Source of the DNA: Candidatus Latescibacterota bacterium
Lineage (GTDB): Bacteria; Latescibacterota; UBA2968; UBA8231
Length of the DNA: 64,000 nucleotides
Direction of reading: 5' to 3'
NCBI GenBank assembly: GCA_965206595.1
Contig: OZ242214.1
Span: 1,760,001-1,824,000, forward strand
Position numbers and translations under genes: made by a program. This document shows positions 18,964 through 29,169 of this stretch, one piece after another. The stretch's first letter is position 1; every line of letters starts with the position of its first letter. A model generated the notes under the pieces. That model was not told where the DNA came from. It did no database searches and worked only from the letters and a program-made list of their open reading frames with translations.

Positions 18964-19740
18964 TTGGGACACCTCGAACGCTTCGAGCTGAAGGACAAAA
19001 TCGTCGTAGTCACTGGCGCCGGCCGCGGTATCGGTCGCACGATTGCCCTCGACGCGGCGCGCTCGGGGGCAGACGTGGCGGCAGGCAGCCGCACCCTGAA
19101 TGAGCTGGAAACGCTGGCCGCAGAAGTTCAAGAGATCGGGATGAACTGTTTCTACCATCCCTTGGACGTCGTCGACGTCGCCTCGATACAGGCTTTTTTC
19201 GACGCGGTGGTCGCCGAGTTCGGGCGCATAGACGTGCTTGTCAACAACGCCGGGTACAACAAGCTGGGCAAGATCCTCGATTACGACGAAGTGCTCTACG
19301 ATCAGATCGTCGACGCAAATCTCAAGAACGTCTTCTTCTGCAGTCAGATCGCAGCCAGAAAGATGATCGCCGCAGGCAACCCCGGCAGTATCGTCAACAT
19401 CTCGTCACAGGCCGGCGTCGTGGGTGCTCCGGAACGGGGTCCGTACAGCGGTGCGAAGGGCGGGGTGAACAACATGACGCGCACCATGGCCGCAGAGTGG
19501 GCTGAGTTCGGAATCCGCGTAAATGCGGTTGCCCCCACGGTAACGAGGTCCCCCCTTGCGGAAGGGGCGCTGAAGGCGAGTGCGGCGTTTCGCGAAGCGG
19601 TGCGGACCAAGAACCTGCTGCGAGGGGATCTCGCCGAACCGGAAGAGATCTCAGCCCCGGTTATTTTCCTCGCTTCCGAAGCTGCCAGTATGGTGACCGG
19701 TCACACTCTCGTCGTCGACGGAGGCTGGACTATCGTCTAG
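18964..19740 (+). CDS. Short-chain dehydrogenase/reductase
   Basis: TGAGRGIG, NNAG, YSGAK catalytic motif. Confidence 0.92.
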   Translation: MGHLERFELKDKIVVVTGAGRGIGRTIALDAARSGADVAAGSRTLNELETLAAEVQEIGMNCFYHPLDVVDVASIQAFFDAVVAEFGRIDVLVNNAGYNKLGKILDYDEVLYDQIVDANLKNVFFCSQIAARKMIAAGNPGSIVNISSQAGVVGAPERGPYSGAKGGVNNMTRTMAAEWAEFGIRVNAVAPTVTRSPLAEGALKASAAFREAVRTKNLLRGDLAEPEEISAPVIFLASEAASMVTGHTLVVDGGWTIV

Positions 19741-19798
19741 GGCAGGGGCCAGTTGATTCGGGAGGACCTGCCAAACTGTGCGAAAGTCCGGCGGTTCT

Positions 19799-20563
19799 TC
19801 AAACCAGGACGGGGAGATTTGTGAATTCGAGGCAGGACTCGATTTCTCCTTCGTCCATCATTCCGATGACAAAGGCGTGCACTGCGGGGAGGCCCATGAC
19901 GAACTCGACTGCCCCGCCGGGATCGGACGCCAGTTCGCTTCCCCCGCCCATGACCTTCATCCCGTAGACGCCCTGCCCCCTGGCGTCCATAGCTTCGATC
20001 ACCGGAACGACCCGATCGGGGGATGCGCACATAGCGTGCCCGGCCGGGTTTATGCGCACAAGATTGACGTCTACCCAGTCGCACTCCGACGCGGCTTGCA
20101 GCGCACCGAAGTCGTGGCAGGAACAGCCCAGGGCCCGCACCCGACCTCTGGATTTGAACTCGCTGAGGACGTCCATCGGGCCACGCATCTCCTCCGGCCA
20201 ATCAGCCGAGGTCAGGCAATGCAGCAGCAGGATGTCGATATAATCGGTGCCTAGCTCCGCCAGGAAACGCTCGACGTCGGAGCGAACCTCCGATGCGGTC
20301 CGCGAGACGGTCTTCGTGGTAACTGTCACCGATTCCCTGCTCACCTGGCGGAGGGCGTCGGCCACGTGCGGGTGGGTTCCGTACATGTCGGCCGTGTCCC
20401 AGAAAGTGATTCCGCGTTCGTGGGCGTAGCGCAGCAGATAGGAGAGCCGCTCGACACCGAGGTCCCCCTGGTTCGAACGGTGATGCCACCCTTGGGTTCC
20501 GGTTCCGAAACAGAGGCGAGAGGTTCTGATCCCACTAAGGCCGATGTCGACAGTTTCCATCAT
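19799..20563 (-). CDS. Aldo/keto reductase
   Basis: SRLCFGT, WDTADMYG, TK, LGTDYIDILLLH; ATG overlaps the upstream peptidase stop. Confidence 0.9.
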   Translation of the reverse strand: MMETVDIGLSGIRTSRLCFGTGTQGWHHRSNQGDLGVERLSYLLRYAHERGITFWDTADMYGTHPHVADALRQVSRESVTVTTKTVSRTASEVRSDVERFLAELGTDYIDILLLHCLTSADWPEEMRGPMDVLSEFKSRGRVRALGCSCHDFGALQAASECDWVDVNLVRINPAGHAMCASPDRVVPVIEAMDARGQGVYGMKVMGGGSELASDPGGAVEFVMGLPAVHAFVIGMMDEGEIESCLEFTNLPVLV

Positions 20564-21744
20564 GGCAATGCTCCCCCAGGACGAGGCGATTGGGCTTCCT
20601 CCAAGCGAGGCCGTTGGCCCTGGTAGCGGGCTTCCAACCGGCACTCGATCTTGCGTTGCGCCTCTTCGCCGATGCCGGCCACCCCTTCCCGACAGACCGC
20701 GGCGCGGGAAAGGAGGTTGACGAGAGCGAGGGCGTCGTCGATGTCGATTGCTTCGGGTCGCAACCGCTTCTTTCCCCAATTGTGGTAATGATCGAGCGGC
20801 AGGGCGACCGCGGCCACTTGGAAACCGGCCTGCGCCAGGACCGTTGCCTCGCACGCGCCGCCATCCATCAGCTTCCGCTGGTAGGGAAATCTCGAATCGG
20901 TGCCGGTCATCTCACCTTCCGCGATGGCGACCAGCCCGGCGCTGAGCCCGGGATCGAATACCGATATGCGGTCTCCGACGCGAATGACCGGACCAGCTCC
21001 CAGCTCCGCCCCGGTACGGCAGTTCGAGCACTCGATGTTTATGTAGGTCGAATCCTGGGGCAGCAAACCGCTACTTACGGCCGCCATCATGCCGCCGAAT
21101 CCAGTCTCTTCCGCCCGGGTCAGCAGTAGTCCGGCACAGTGCTTGAAGGGACTGCGCCGCAGTTGGTCCAAAACGGCGATCGCCACTGCCACCCCGGCGA
21201 GGTCGTCGCAGACCCGGCCCCGAAGCCGGCGTCCCCGCTGCCGCAGCGCAGGTAGCCGCCACATTGCGAACGAGTCCGGGGTCAGTAGCCTGGCATCCGC
21301 CTTGGAAATGCGGACCGAAAACAGCGGCTGTCCTCCCACAGGTTCGGCATACGATTCGATAGCACCCCGAACCGGGGCCTGGTCTGCGGTTCCCGCCGGA
21401 TCGTAGATGTCGACCTCCCCCTTCTTCGCCAGATCGAGGTTCACGTTCCCGGCGAGCTCGAACAGGTGATCACGGAGCGAGAGAGGTTGGGAGTAGAGGA
21501 GTCCGGGATGGTCCATGTGGGCGGTCATTACCACCCGGGGGACTCGTCCCGAATTCCCCTCCCGATCGCAAAGGAGCAGGAGATTGCCCACCGCATCGGT
21601 CTGCATCGCTAGATCCAACTCCTCTGCATGGCGTGAGACCGCCTCTATCACGAACTGCTCGCGAAACGGCGCCGTCGGGAGCGACATCAATCGGTGGGCG
21701 AGATGCAGAAACCGCTTCTCCGCTTTGCCGTCGGTGGTATCCAT
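20560..21744 (-). CDS. M20/M28/M42 family metallopeptidase
   Basis: Intact metal ligands AHMDH, CDDLAG, AEETG, IE, YH. Confidence 0.85.
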   Translation of the reverse strand: MDTTDGKAEKRFLHLAHRLMSLPTAPFREQFVIEAVSRHAEELDLAMQTDAVGNLLLLCDREGNSGRVPRVVMTAHMDHPGLLYSQPLSLRDHLFELAGNVNLDLAKKGEVDIYDPAGTADQAPVRGAIESYAEPVGGQPLFSVRISKADARLLTPDSFAMWRLPALRQRGRRLRGRVCDDLAGVAVAIAVLDQLRRSPFKHCAGLLLTRAEETGFGGMMAAVSSGLLPQDSTYINIECSNCRTGAELGAGPVIRVGDRISVFDPGLSAGLVAIAEGEMTGTDSRFPYQRKLMDGGACEATVLAQAGFQVAAVALPLDHYHNWGKKRLRPEAIDIDDALALVNLLSRAAVCREGVAGIGEEAQRKIECRLEARYQGQRPRLEEAQSPRPGGALP

Positions 21745-22038
21745 TCAGAAAATGCCCTGCTCGAAATTGGATTCTTGCAATGCCCGATGCCTGCGCGCGC
21801 AAGTTCGTCCGAGTACGAGATCAGAACCGCCGAATTCACGCGGCATTGCTCAAGGGACCGGTCTCAGCAAGGTCGATCAGGCGTGTACTCCGTGTCAACG
21901 CGGTAACGGACCCGGGATTTTGGATTGCCCAATCATTTCCGAAGGAATACTTTGGCTCCTGTTTCAAACCTTCCAATCGAATTTGGGCCTGTCTCCCACC
22001 TCCGCACCGGCTTTTCCGCGGGCCCGAGGATTCCCGCG

Positions 22039-25000
22039 ATGAGGTTGCCGCCCGCCCGCCGTACCGCCCTCATTGCCGCGGCATTGGCCGCTTCCGCGGC
22101 AGGCTCCTCGCAGGACGTCCGGACGACTCTGGCCCCCGACCTCACCGCCCGGGTCGAGGCGGCAGTGCACACCTTCGCCTCCGGCTCCCGTGTCACAGGC
22201 TACCCAGGAAACGCGCGTGCCGCCTCCTTCATCGAGGAGAGCCTGCGCCGCAGCGGCTGTGTCGACATTCATCGCGAACAGTACGACGTCGTGGTACCGA
22301 TCGAGGCAGGCAGCCGGCTGGTGCTTTCGGACTCTGATGAAGTTATCCCCATTTTTGGCTTGTGGCCCAACCATGTGCGCACCACCAGCACCCCGCCTGA
22401 TGGGATCGAGCTCCCCCTGGTGTACGGAGACCGGGGGGAGTACGCCGACTTCGAGGGACTTCCGCTGGAGGGCAGAGCCGTGCTCATGGAATTCAACACC
22501 TGGGATCACTGGACGCGGGCAGCCAGGTTCGGCGCCCGCGCTTTCATCTTCATCGAGCCGGAGGATACCGGCTACCTGCAGACCCTCGACAAATACACCA
22601 GCGTCCCCTTGAACATCCCCCGGTTCTGGATCGACCGCGAGAACGGCCTGAAGCTCCGCCGCCGAGTGGCCGGCGGCGACCCGGTTTCCGTCGTTATCCA
22701 CAGCCGCATGGACTGGCGTGAGCAGCCGGCGTGGAACATATGGGGAAAGGTGGTCGGGTCGGACCCGGAGCTGAGAGACCAGACCATAGTCGTCGACGCC
22801 TACTACGACGGGATTTCGGTCGTTCCCGCCCTCGCACCCTCCGCGGAGACCTCGTGCAGCATCGTCGCCCTCCTCGAGCTTGCCCGGCACCTGCAAGCGC
22901 ACCCGCCTGCCCGTACAGTGATTTTGTCTGCGACAGGGGCCCATTTCCAGGGGCAGCGCGGTATGATCGAGTTCCTCGACCGACATGCCAGAAAGGACGA
23001 GGACTACGCCAAGTGGATGGAGGAGCCTCTCAATGTCGATCTCTTCCTAAGTCTCGACCTGAGCTCGCGGACCGATCAGGTCGCCGTCTGGAACAACTCC
23101 AACCGGTTTGAGCTCAAGCGGCTGTTCGTTCCTTTCTCGCGCCGATTCACCAGGTACTCCAAGGAGGTTGCAGCCGCCCAGGGGCGTGAGCCAACCGCTG
23201 CTTTCGCCAATGGCATCAGCCCGATCAGGGGGATCGACTGGTCCACGCTGGCACCCGGCGGAGTGCCGACGAGCGGAACGGTGGCGATGGAAGCCGGGCA
23301 GCTCGCCCTCAGTTTCGTCACCACACACGACGCCAGGCTATCCCTCAACAGTCCGCTCGACCGGGCGGAGGGTGTCCGCATCGAACAGCTGGCTGCGCAG
23401 ATCCAGTTTCTGAACGGAATCCTGTCTCTTGCTTTAGACGATCCGGAGTTGCTGTCGAATCTCGAGGAGTTCGACCCTGTTCTCCGCGACAATCTCCGCA
23501 CTCACCAGATCAAGGTTCGGTCCTTTCCGAGGCGTGCACAGATTCCGAACCGCCCGGTGCCCCAGGCCGTGGTTAGCGAAGGGTTCGACCTGGTCTTCAA
23601 GGGGGTCCAACAGGAACGCTATTACCTGACGAACCAGGACGGCGACGTGACGTTGCAAGGCCTCGTGGTCGGGAATACCACCGGTATTTCCGCCTTCGTT
23701 CTGGATCCGGAGACGGGTGAGGTCCAGTTTGCCCCCGACCTGAGCAAAAGGGCGCAGAGGTTTGCGGGAGAACCGGGATTCAGCGGAAAGATCTCGTGGG
23801 TGACCCGGTGGACGGCGGACGAGAAGACCCTCGTCCTGTTTCCCTGTGTCCCCGGTGAGCTGTTCGGCCTTGGCGGTAGCTCCGACAGCTTCAAAATCCT
23901 CGACCGCAGCGGCCGCGCGCCAAGGCAGTTCGGGTATTCGCGCAGCAGCTTCGCGTCTCTGGTCTACGCCGACCGCGACCTTCCCGAACAGACCGACGGT
24001 CTGAAAATCATGGCGGGAACGTCCGGGAGTGCCCGCTTTCTTCTTAACAGCCCGGGAGGGAACGACGAGAGCACGGCGCGGGGGATCGGCTACCACTTCA
24101 AACGCGACACCTTGACCCCGACAGGCTTCTACGTGGTTCGCGACATGATGCGCCTCAACGATGCGCGCCTGCACACGATGCGGAAGCACGCCATCGAGAA
24201 CCACAGCGTTTCCCGTTTTCAGGAGAACGGGCGCCGCTTGCTGCAGCGGGCGGCGACGGCCCTTTCCGAGCACCGCTGGGACGACTACACAAGCTACATA
24301 CGCGAAGCTGGCGGGATGATCTTCCGTGCTTATCCATCGGTGATCGGTACCCTGAACGACGTGATCTTGGGGATGGCTTTTTTCCTCGCACTGGTGATTC
24401 CGGCCGCCTTCTTCGCCGAGCGGCTGCTCCTGGCCTCACCCGATATCCGCATGCAACTGACTGGCTTCGTAGCGGTCCTGATAGTGATCTGGGCGATCCT
24501 CTCCCAGGTCCATCCCGCTTTCGCGATCGCCCATCCGCTGGTCGTCCTGCTCGCCTTCGCGATCATGGCAATGGCGGTTTTCGTACTCCTGATGGTGGTG
24601 ACTCGCTTCAACCGCTACCTGCGCGAATACCGCGCCGAGCAGGCGAGGGTGCACCAGACCGACATAAGCCGGTTCAGCGCCGCCTACACCGCCTTCATGC
24701 TCGGGATTTCCAACATGCGCAGGCGCAAGCTGCGGACGAGCCTGACCCTGGGCACGATCACCTTGCTGACCTTCACGGTCCTGTCGTTCTCCTCCTTCAA
24801 GCCGGATGTCCAGTTCTTCGCCTTTTCTCACCCGCACGAGGGGGCATACGAAGGCGCCCTGATTCGCCATCACAATTGGGACTGGATCGGAAGGTGGAAG
24901 ATCGAGGCGGCGAGGTCCTACTTCGGCGAACGCGCCGTCCTTTCCCCACGCAACTGGTACATCGCCGATCCCTCCGAGGCGAAGAAGTACATCCGGGTCA

Positions 25001-26469
25001 GCCACGGAGAACGCTCCTCACTGGCCACCGCGATGCTCGGCCTCTCACCGCAGGAACGCGATGTTACGAGCGTTCACGCCGCCCTGGTCGCCGGAGACTA
25101 TTTCGATTCCCCGGAAGAGAAGAGCTGCCTGATCTCTGTCGAAATGGCGAAGAACCTCGGTTTCGGTGGAATGCGGACGCCGGCGCCCGGGGACAGTGTG
25201 CGCGTCCTCGGGACAATGCTGCGAGTGCGAGGACTGTTCGACGCCGATGCCCTTTACGCCCTTCACGACCTCGACGACGAACCGCTGACTCCGGTCGATT
25301 TCCATCGCTCCTCCGCGGAGCTCATGGGTTCCCGGCCCCAGGACGTCAAGGACACCTCGGAGAGGGAAGAAGAGACCAGGGCCTTCGTGCACCTGCACCC
25401 GGACAACGTCGTCATTCTGCCTTTCGAGGCGTTGCGCGGTGCAGGAGGGGAGCTGCGGTCCGTGGCCATGCGTTTCGAATCCGGCGCCGACATCCGGGGG
25501 ATGATCGAAGGGTTCATCACCCAGACCCCGATGACGCTGTTTGCGGGGACGCGCGACCCGGAAAGCGACCGCATCACCGTTGCCTCGTTTACCTCCTTGG
25601 GGCTGACCTCGGTCGAGGGGTTCCAGGCCCTCGTGATTCCGATGTTGATCGCCGGACTGATCGTCCTCAACGCCATGATGGGGGTGGTGTACGAGCGTTT
25701 TCGCGAGATCGACATCTACTCTGCGGTCGGGCTGGCGCCCATGCACATAGCCCTGCTGTTCATTGCCGAGGCCTGTGTGTACGCCGTCCTCGGGGTTACG
25801 TTGGGTTACCTGCTTGGGCAGACCCTCGGAAAGGCGATTGTCACCTTCGACCTCTCCGCAGGGGTCAATTTGAACTACTCCTCGTACGCGGCGATGGCCT
25901 CTGCGGCGGTGGTCATGGCGATCGTGCTCGCCTCTACGGTCTATCCGGCACGGGTCGCGTCGCGAGCGGCGGTTCCGGACCTGGTGCGACGATGGAAGCC
26001 CCCCCGGCCCATGGGAGACCGCTGGGAGTTCGAGTTCCCGTTCATGGTCAGCTCCGGGGAGGTTGTGGGAATTTGCGGTTTCCTGGCGAACTTTTTCGAC
26101 GCCTATAAGGAAGAGTCGATCGGAGACTTCTACGCCGAAAAGGTGACTCTCGTCAGTGAGGAGCCGGCACCCGGGGTCCGGCAGTACTCTCTGCAGATGC
26201 TCACTTGGCTCGCCCCGTTCGACATGGGGGTCAGCCAGTACCTGCAGCTAGATTTTCTGCCAGCCAACGACGGTAGCGGTATCTATTCGGTTGAAGTATT
26301 CATTCAGCGACTGAGCGGCCAGGATACCTACTGGCAGCGGGTCAACCAGCGCTTCATGAACACCTTGCGCAAGCAGTTTCTCCTCTGGCATACCCTCAAG
26401 GCGGACGCCCGGGACTATCACCGGGAGAAAGCCAAGGCCATGCTCGGTTCACCCGTACCGGCGACATGA
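22039..26469 (+). CDS. Large membrane protein: signal peptide + PA/M28-like (inactive) ectodomain + multi-TM FtsX/MacB-like permease
   Basis: RBS gagga and MRLPPARRTALIAAALAASAAG signal; SRVTGYPG, NIWG, ALLELARHL M28 scaffold; NMRRRKLRTSLT and YERFREIDIYSAVGL...LFIAE FtsX motifs. The ORF track begins at 21925. Confidence 0.8.
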   Translation: MRLPPARRTALIAAALAASAAGSSQDVRTTLAPDLTARVEAAVHTFASGSRVTGYPGNARAASFIEESLRRSGCVDIHREQYDVVVPIEAGSRLVLSDSDEVIPIFGLWPNHVRTTSTPPDGIELPLVYGDRGEYADFEGLPLEGRAVLMEFNTWDHWTRAARFGARAFIFIEPEDTGYLQTLDKYTSVPLNIPRFWIDRENGLKLRRRVAGGDPVSVVIHSRMDWREQPAWNIWGKVVGSDPELRDQTIVVDAYYDGISVVPALAPSAETSCSIVALLELARHLQAHPPARTVILSATGAHFQGQRGMIEFLDRHARKDEDYAKWMEEPLNVDLFLSLDLSSRTDQVAVWNNSNRFELKRLFVPFSRRFTRYSKEVAAAQGREPTAAFANGISPIRGIDWSTLAPGGVPTSGTVAMEAGQLALSFVTTHDARLSLNSPLDRAEGVRIEQLAAQIQFLNGILSLALDDPELLSNLEEFDPVLRDNLRTHQIKVRSFPRRAQIPNRPVPQAVVSEGFDLVFKGVQQERYYLTNQDGDVTLQGLVVGNTTGISAFVLDPETGEVQFAPDLSKRAQRFAGEPGFSGKISWVTRWTADEKTLVLFPCVPGELFGLGGSSDSFKILDRSGRAPRQFGYSRSSFASLVYADRDLPEQTDGLKIMAGTSGSARFLLNSPGGNDESTARGIGYHFKRDTLTPTGFYVVRDMMRLNDARLHTMRKHAIENHSVSRFQENGRRLLQRAATALSEHRWDDYTSYIREAGGMIFRAYPSVIGTLNDVILGMAFFLALVIPAAFFAERLLLASPDIRMQLTGFVAVLIVIWAILSQVHPAFAIAHPLVVLLAFAIMAMAVFVLLMVVTRFNRYLREYRAEQARVHQTDISRFSAAYTAFMLGISNMRRRKLRTSLTLGTITLLTFTVLSFSSFKPDVQFFAFSHPHEGAYEGALIRHHNWDWIGRWKIEAARSYFGERAVLSPRNWYIADPSEAKKYIRVSHGERSSLATAMLGLSPQERDVTSVHAALVAGDYFDSPEEKSCLISVEMAKNLGFGGMRTPAPGDSVRVLGTMLRVRGLFDADALYALHDLDDEPLTPVDFHRSSAELMGSRPQDVKDTSEREEETRAFVHLHPDNVVILPFEALRGAGGELRSVAMRFESGADIRGMIEGFITQTPMTLFAGTRDPESDRITVASFTSLGLTSVEGFQALVIPMLIAGLIVLNAMMGVVYERFREIDIYSAVGLAPMHIALLFIAEACVYAVLGVTLGYLLGQTLGKAIVTFDLSAGVNLNYSSYAAMASAAVVMAIVLASTVYPARVASRAAVPDLVRRWKPPRPMGDRWEFEFPFMVSSGEVVGICGFLANFFDAYKEESIGDFYAEKVTLVSEEPAPGVRQYSLQMLTWLAPFDMGVSQYLQLDFLPANDGSGIYSVEVFIQRLSGQDTYWQRVNQRFMNTLRKQFLLWHTLKADARDYHREKAKAMLGSPVPAT

Positions 26470-29114
26470 AATTCAGGCGCAAGCTCAAGCAGAATCAGTG
26501 GCAGGAGGTAGAGGAGTACCGGGCGCTTCTCGAGCCACCCGACAAGTTCGAGGACGGCTTTACGATCCGGACGATCGTCGGTGTCCTCTTCATTTCCCTG
26601 ATAATGACGCCGGGGGAGATGTACCTCGGTTTGGTTACCGGTGGAGGAATAGGGGATGCGGCCCAGTGGGTCACCGTCATCCTCTTCCTCGAAGTCGCCA
26701 AGCGCTCCTTCACGTCGCTGAGGAGGCAGGAGATCTTCCTGCTCGTGTACGTGGCCAGCGCGCTGGTGGCGCGCGAGGAAGGGGCCTTTCTCGACCTGCT
26801 GTGGCGCCAGTATTTCGTGCGCTCCGCGGAGGCGGAACAGTTTGGCATCTCCAAGCTGCTGCCGACGTGGTGGGCGCCGCCGCCCGACTCGGTCGCCCTC
26901 GCCGAACGCACCTTCCTGCACCCGGACTGGCTGTGGCCGATCGGCCTGCTCGTCATCGGCACCATCGTCGGCCGCATTTCCTGGTTCACTTCAGGATACC
27001 TGCTGTTCCGGTTGATGTCTGACCGCGAGCAGCTGCCGTTTCCGACGGCGCCGATGTCCGCCCTGTCCGCCATGGCGCTCGCCGAGGAGAGCGGTGACGA
27101 GGCCGAGACTTGGAAGTGGCCGGTTTTCAGCATCGGCGGCGTCATCGGCGCGATCTTCGGCTCCGTGTACGTGGGGATCCCCGAGGTAACCGCGGCGATG
27201 GGTTCCAGGATCCAGGTGATCCCGATCCCGTTCTGGGACCTTACGCCATTTTTCGGGAGTCTCCTGCCGGCCACGCCGCTCGGCATCACCCTACACCTAG
27301 GCCCGATCTTCGCCGGCTTGCTGATGCCTTTCTGGGCGGTTATCGGGTCGTTCTCCGGGGTCGTGGTGCACACCGCAGTCAGCCCCTTTCTCTACTGGAA
27401 AGGAATGCTTCCGAGCTGGGCCCCGGGGATGACGACAATCAACACCCAGATCGCCACCAGCATCGATTTCTGGCAGGCCTTCTCTGTCGGCATCACCCTC
27501 GCGGTCACCGTCATCAGCTTCTACCAGCTTCTGGCCAGCGGCCGCCGCGAGCGCGCCGAAGCGCGGGAACGGGTTCTCGGCCAGCGGAAGGAGTACCCGA
27601 GAACCTGTCGCCACGACGGTTGCAACCGGCCCTCCGAGGTGCGCGGCTACTGTCTGCCCCACCTCGGCCGCGGCGATTTCAACCTCTGGCTCTGTCTGGT
27701 GCTGTTCGGGCTTGCGGCTTTCTACCCGATCGTGCTCGCAAAAACCCTGTTCCCGACCCTGGTCACCACCGGGCTGCTTCTCACCTTTTTCGGCATCGCC
27801 TTCGTGTACGCCCCGATCATGTCGTTCGTCAGCGCCCGCCTCGACGGCATGATCGGGCGCGAGGTCTCCATTCCCTATGTCAACGAGGCCGTCATCTTCC
27901 TCACCGGGTACCGCGGCGTCGACGTCTGGTTCGTGCCGTTTCCGACGCGGAACTACGGCGGCCACGCCGAGGGGTTCCGGGTGGTCGAGCTGACCGGGAT
28001 GCGCTTCACCAGCCTGCTCAAGGCGGAGCTGTTCATGCTGCCCATCATCCTCGTGGTGAGCATGATGTACTGGAGCATGCTCTGGAGGCTCGGCCCGATC
28101 CCGTCGGAACGATATCCCTATGCACAGCTGATGTGGCCCCTCAAGGCGTACCAACAGGCCCTCTTTTTTTCCAGCACGATGTACAGCCGAAGTTGGCGAG
28201 CGGGGGAGACCCTCGCCGACGGCACGGCCATCTCCCGAGGCCAGATCGTGTGGAGCCCGCACAACCTGCAGGACGGTTACTGGTGGTACTGGCGGGTGCG
28301 CGCCTCGCATGACGTCGAGATACCGGACCCCGACAAGCGCTACTACGGCGAGTGGTCGAAGACCGGTTATTTCTACACCGATTTCAGCGGCCGCAAGCCT
28401 CCCGATGTTGCCGCAGCGCCGCACCTGCGGGCTTTTTCCCCGCCAAAGGAAAGGGCATCCGAAGGGCAACCATCCGCCCCGGAACTGGTCTGGCCGCCCC
28501 CAGGTGAAATCATCGACACCCCGAATCCGAACTTCGACGCCCGCTTGAGCACGGCCCCCCGGGATTCCGTCGAGTTCTACTTCGAGGTCGATCGCCTGCC
28601 GACCTTCGACGGCGAGTTTCTGCAGCGGTCCTCCGACATTCCCCTGCTGTTCGAGGCGCACTGGCGCGATCTCAGCTTCACCGGGGACCGGCGGGACAAC
28701 GACGGCGACGGGCTGGTCGACGAAGAGCTGAAGAACGGACTTGACGACGACGGTGACGGGATTACGGACGAGTCCGACCTGCAGCATCCGCTCGACGGAC
28801 GCAAGTGGCCGATCTCGCTTTTCGCCGCGGGCTTCGGTCTCGTCGCCTACTTCACTATGGCCTTCCTCGGCTTGCCGATATTCCTGATATGGGGGTACGT
28901 CCAGAGCGTCAACGGCATTCCCCACGCCCTGCTGCCGCAGATCGCCGGGGCCCTGTTGGCGCGCTTCTACTTCTGGAAGCGGTACGGCAAGCAGGAGTGG
29001 CGGCGCTACGCCATGGTCCTGAGCGTCGGCTTCGGGGTAGGGATGGCGTTGATCGGCATGTTCTGTGCGGCCCTGGCGATGATCAGCAAGGCAGTCACGG
29101 CCCTGCCGTACTAG
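26466..29114 (+). CDS. OPT-like polytopic membrane (putative peptide) transporter with inserted soluble domains
   Basis: More than 14 TM segments; F.DGFT.RT, DREQLPFP.AP, P.PS..YPYAQ..W motifs; ATGA-coupled to the upstream gene. Confidence 0.7.
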   Translation: MKFRRKLKQNQWQEVEEYRALLEPPDKFEDGFTIRTIVGVLFISLIMTPGEMYLGLVTGGGIGDAAQWVTVILFLEVAKRSFTSLRRQEIFLLVYVASALVAREEGAFLDLLWRQYFVRSAEAEQFGISKLLPTWWAPPPDSVALAERTFLHPDWLWPIGLLVIGTIVGRISWFTSGYLLFRLMSDREQLPFPTAPMSALSAMALAEESGDEAETWKWPVFSIGGVIGAIFGSVYVGIPEVTAAMGSRIQVIPIPFWDLTPFFGSLLPATPLGITLHLGPIFAGLLMPFWAVIGSFSGVVVHTAVSPFLYWKGMLPSWAPGMTTINTQIATSIDFWQAFSVGITLAVTVISFYQLLASGRRERAEARERVLGQRKEYPRTCRHDGCNRPSEVRGYCLPHLGRGDFNLWLCLVLFGLAAFYPIVLAKTLFPTLVTTGLLLTFFGIAFVYAPIMSFVSARLDGMIGREVSIPYVNEAVIFLTGYRGVDVWFVPFPTRNYGGHAEGFRVVELTGMRFTSLLKAELFMLPIILVVSMMYWSMLWRLGPIPSERYPYAQLMWPLKAYQQALFFSSTMYSRSWRAGETLADGTAISRGQIVWSPHNLQDGYWWYWRVRASHDVEIPDPDKRYYGEWSKTGYFYTDFSGRKPPDVAAAPHLRAFSPPKERASEGQPSAPELVWPPPGEIIDTPNPNFDARLSTAPRDSVEFYFEVDRLPTFDGEFLQRSSDIPLLFEAHWRDLSFTGDRRDNDGDGLVDEELKNGLDDDGDGITDESDLQHPLDGRKWPISLFAAGFGLVAYFTMAFLGLPIFLIWGYVQSVNGIPHALLPQIAGALLARFYFWKRYGKQEWRRYAMVLSVGFGVGMALIGMFCAALAMISKAVTALPY

Positions 29115-29169
29115 CGCGGTCTCTGTGTGGACCAAGGGAACTCGCGCTTCTATATTCGAACCGAGGGCC

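Noticed and set aside
21925-22038. N-terminal extensions in the ORF track (also aldo/keto reductase, pyrH, purB, der, dctQ)
   Set aside because: Downstream starts with an RBS, signal peptide or gene coupling fit better.
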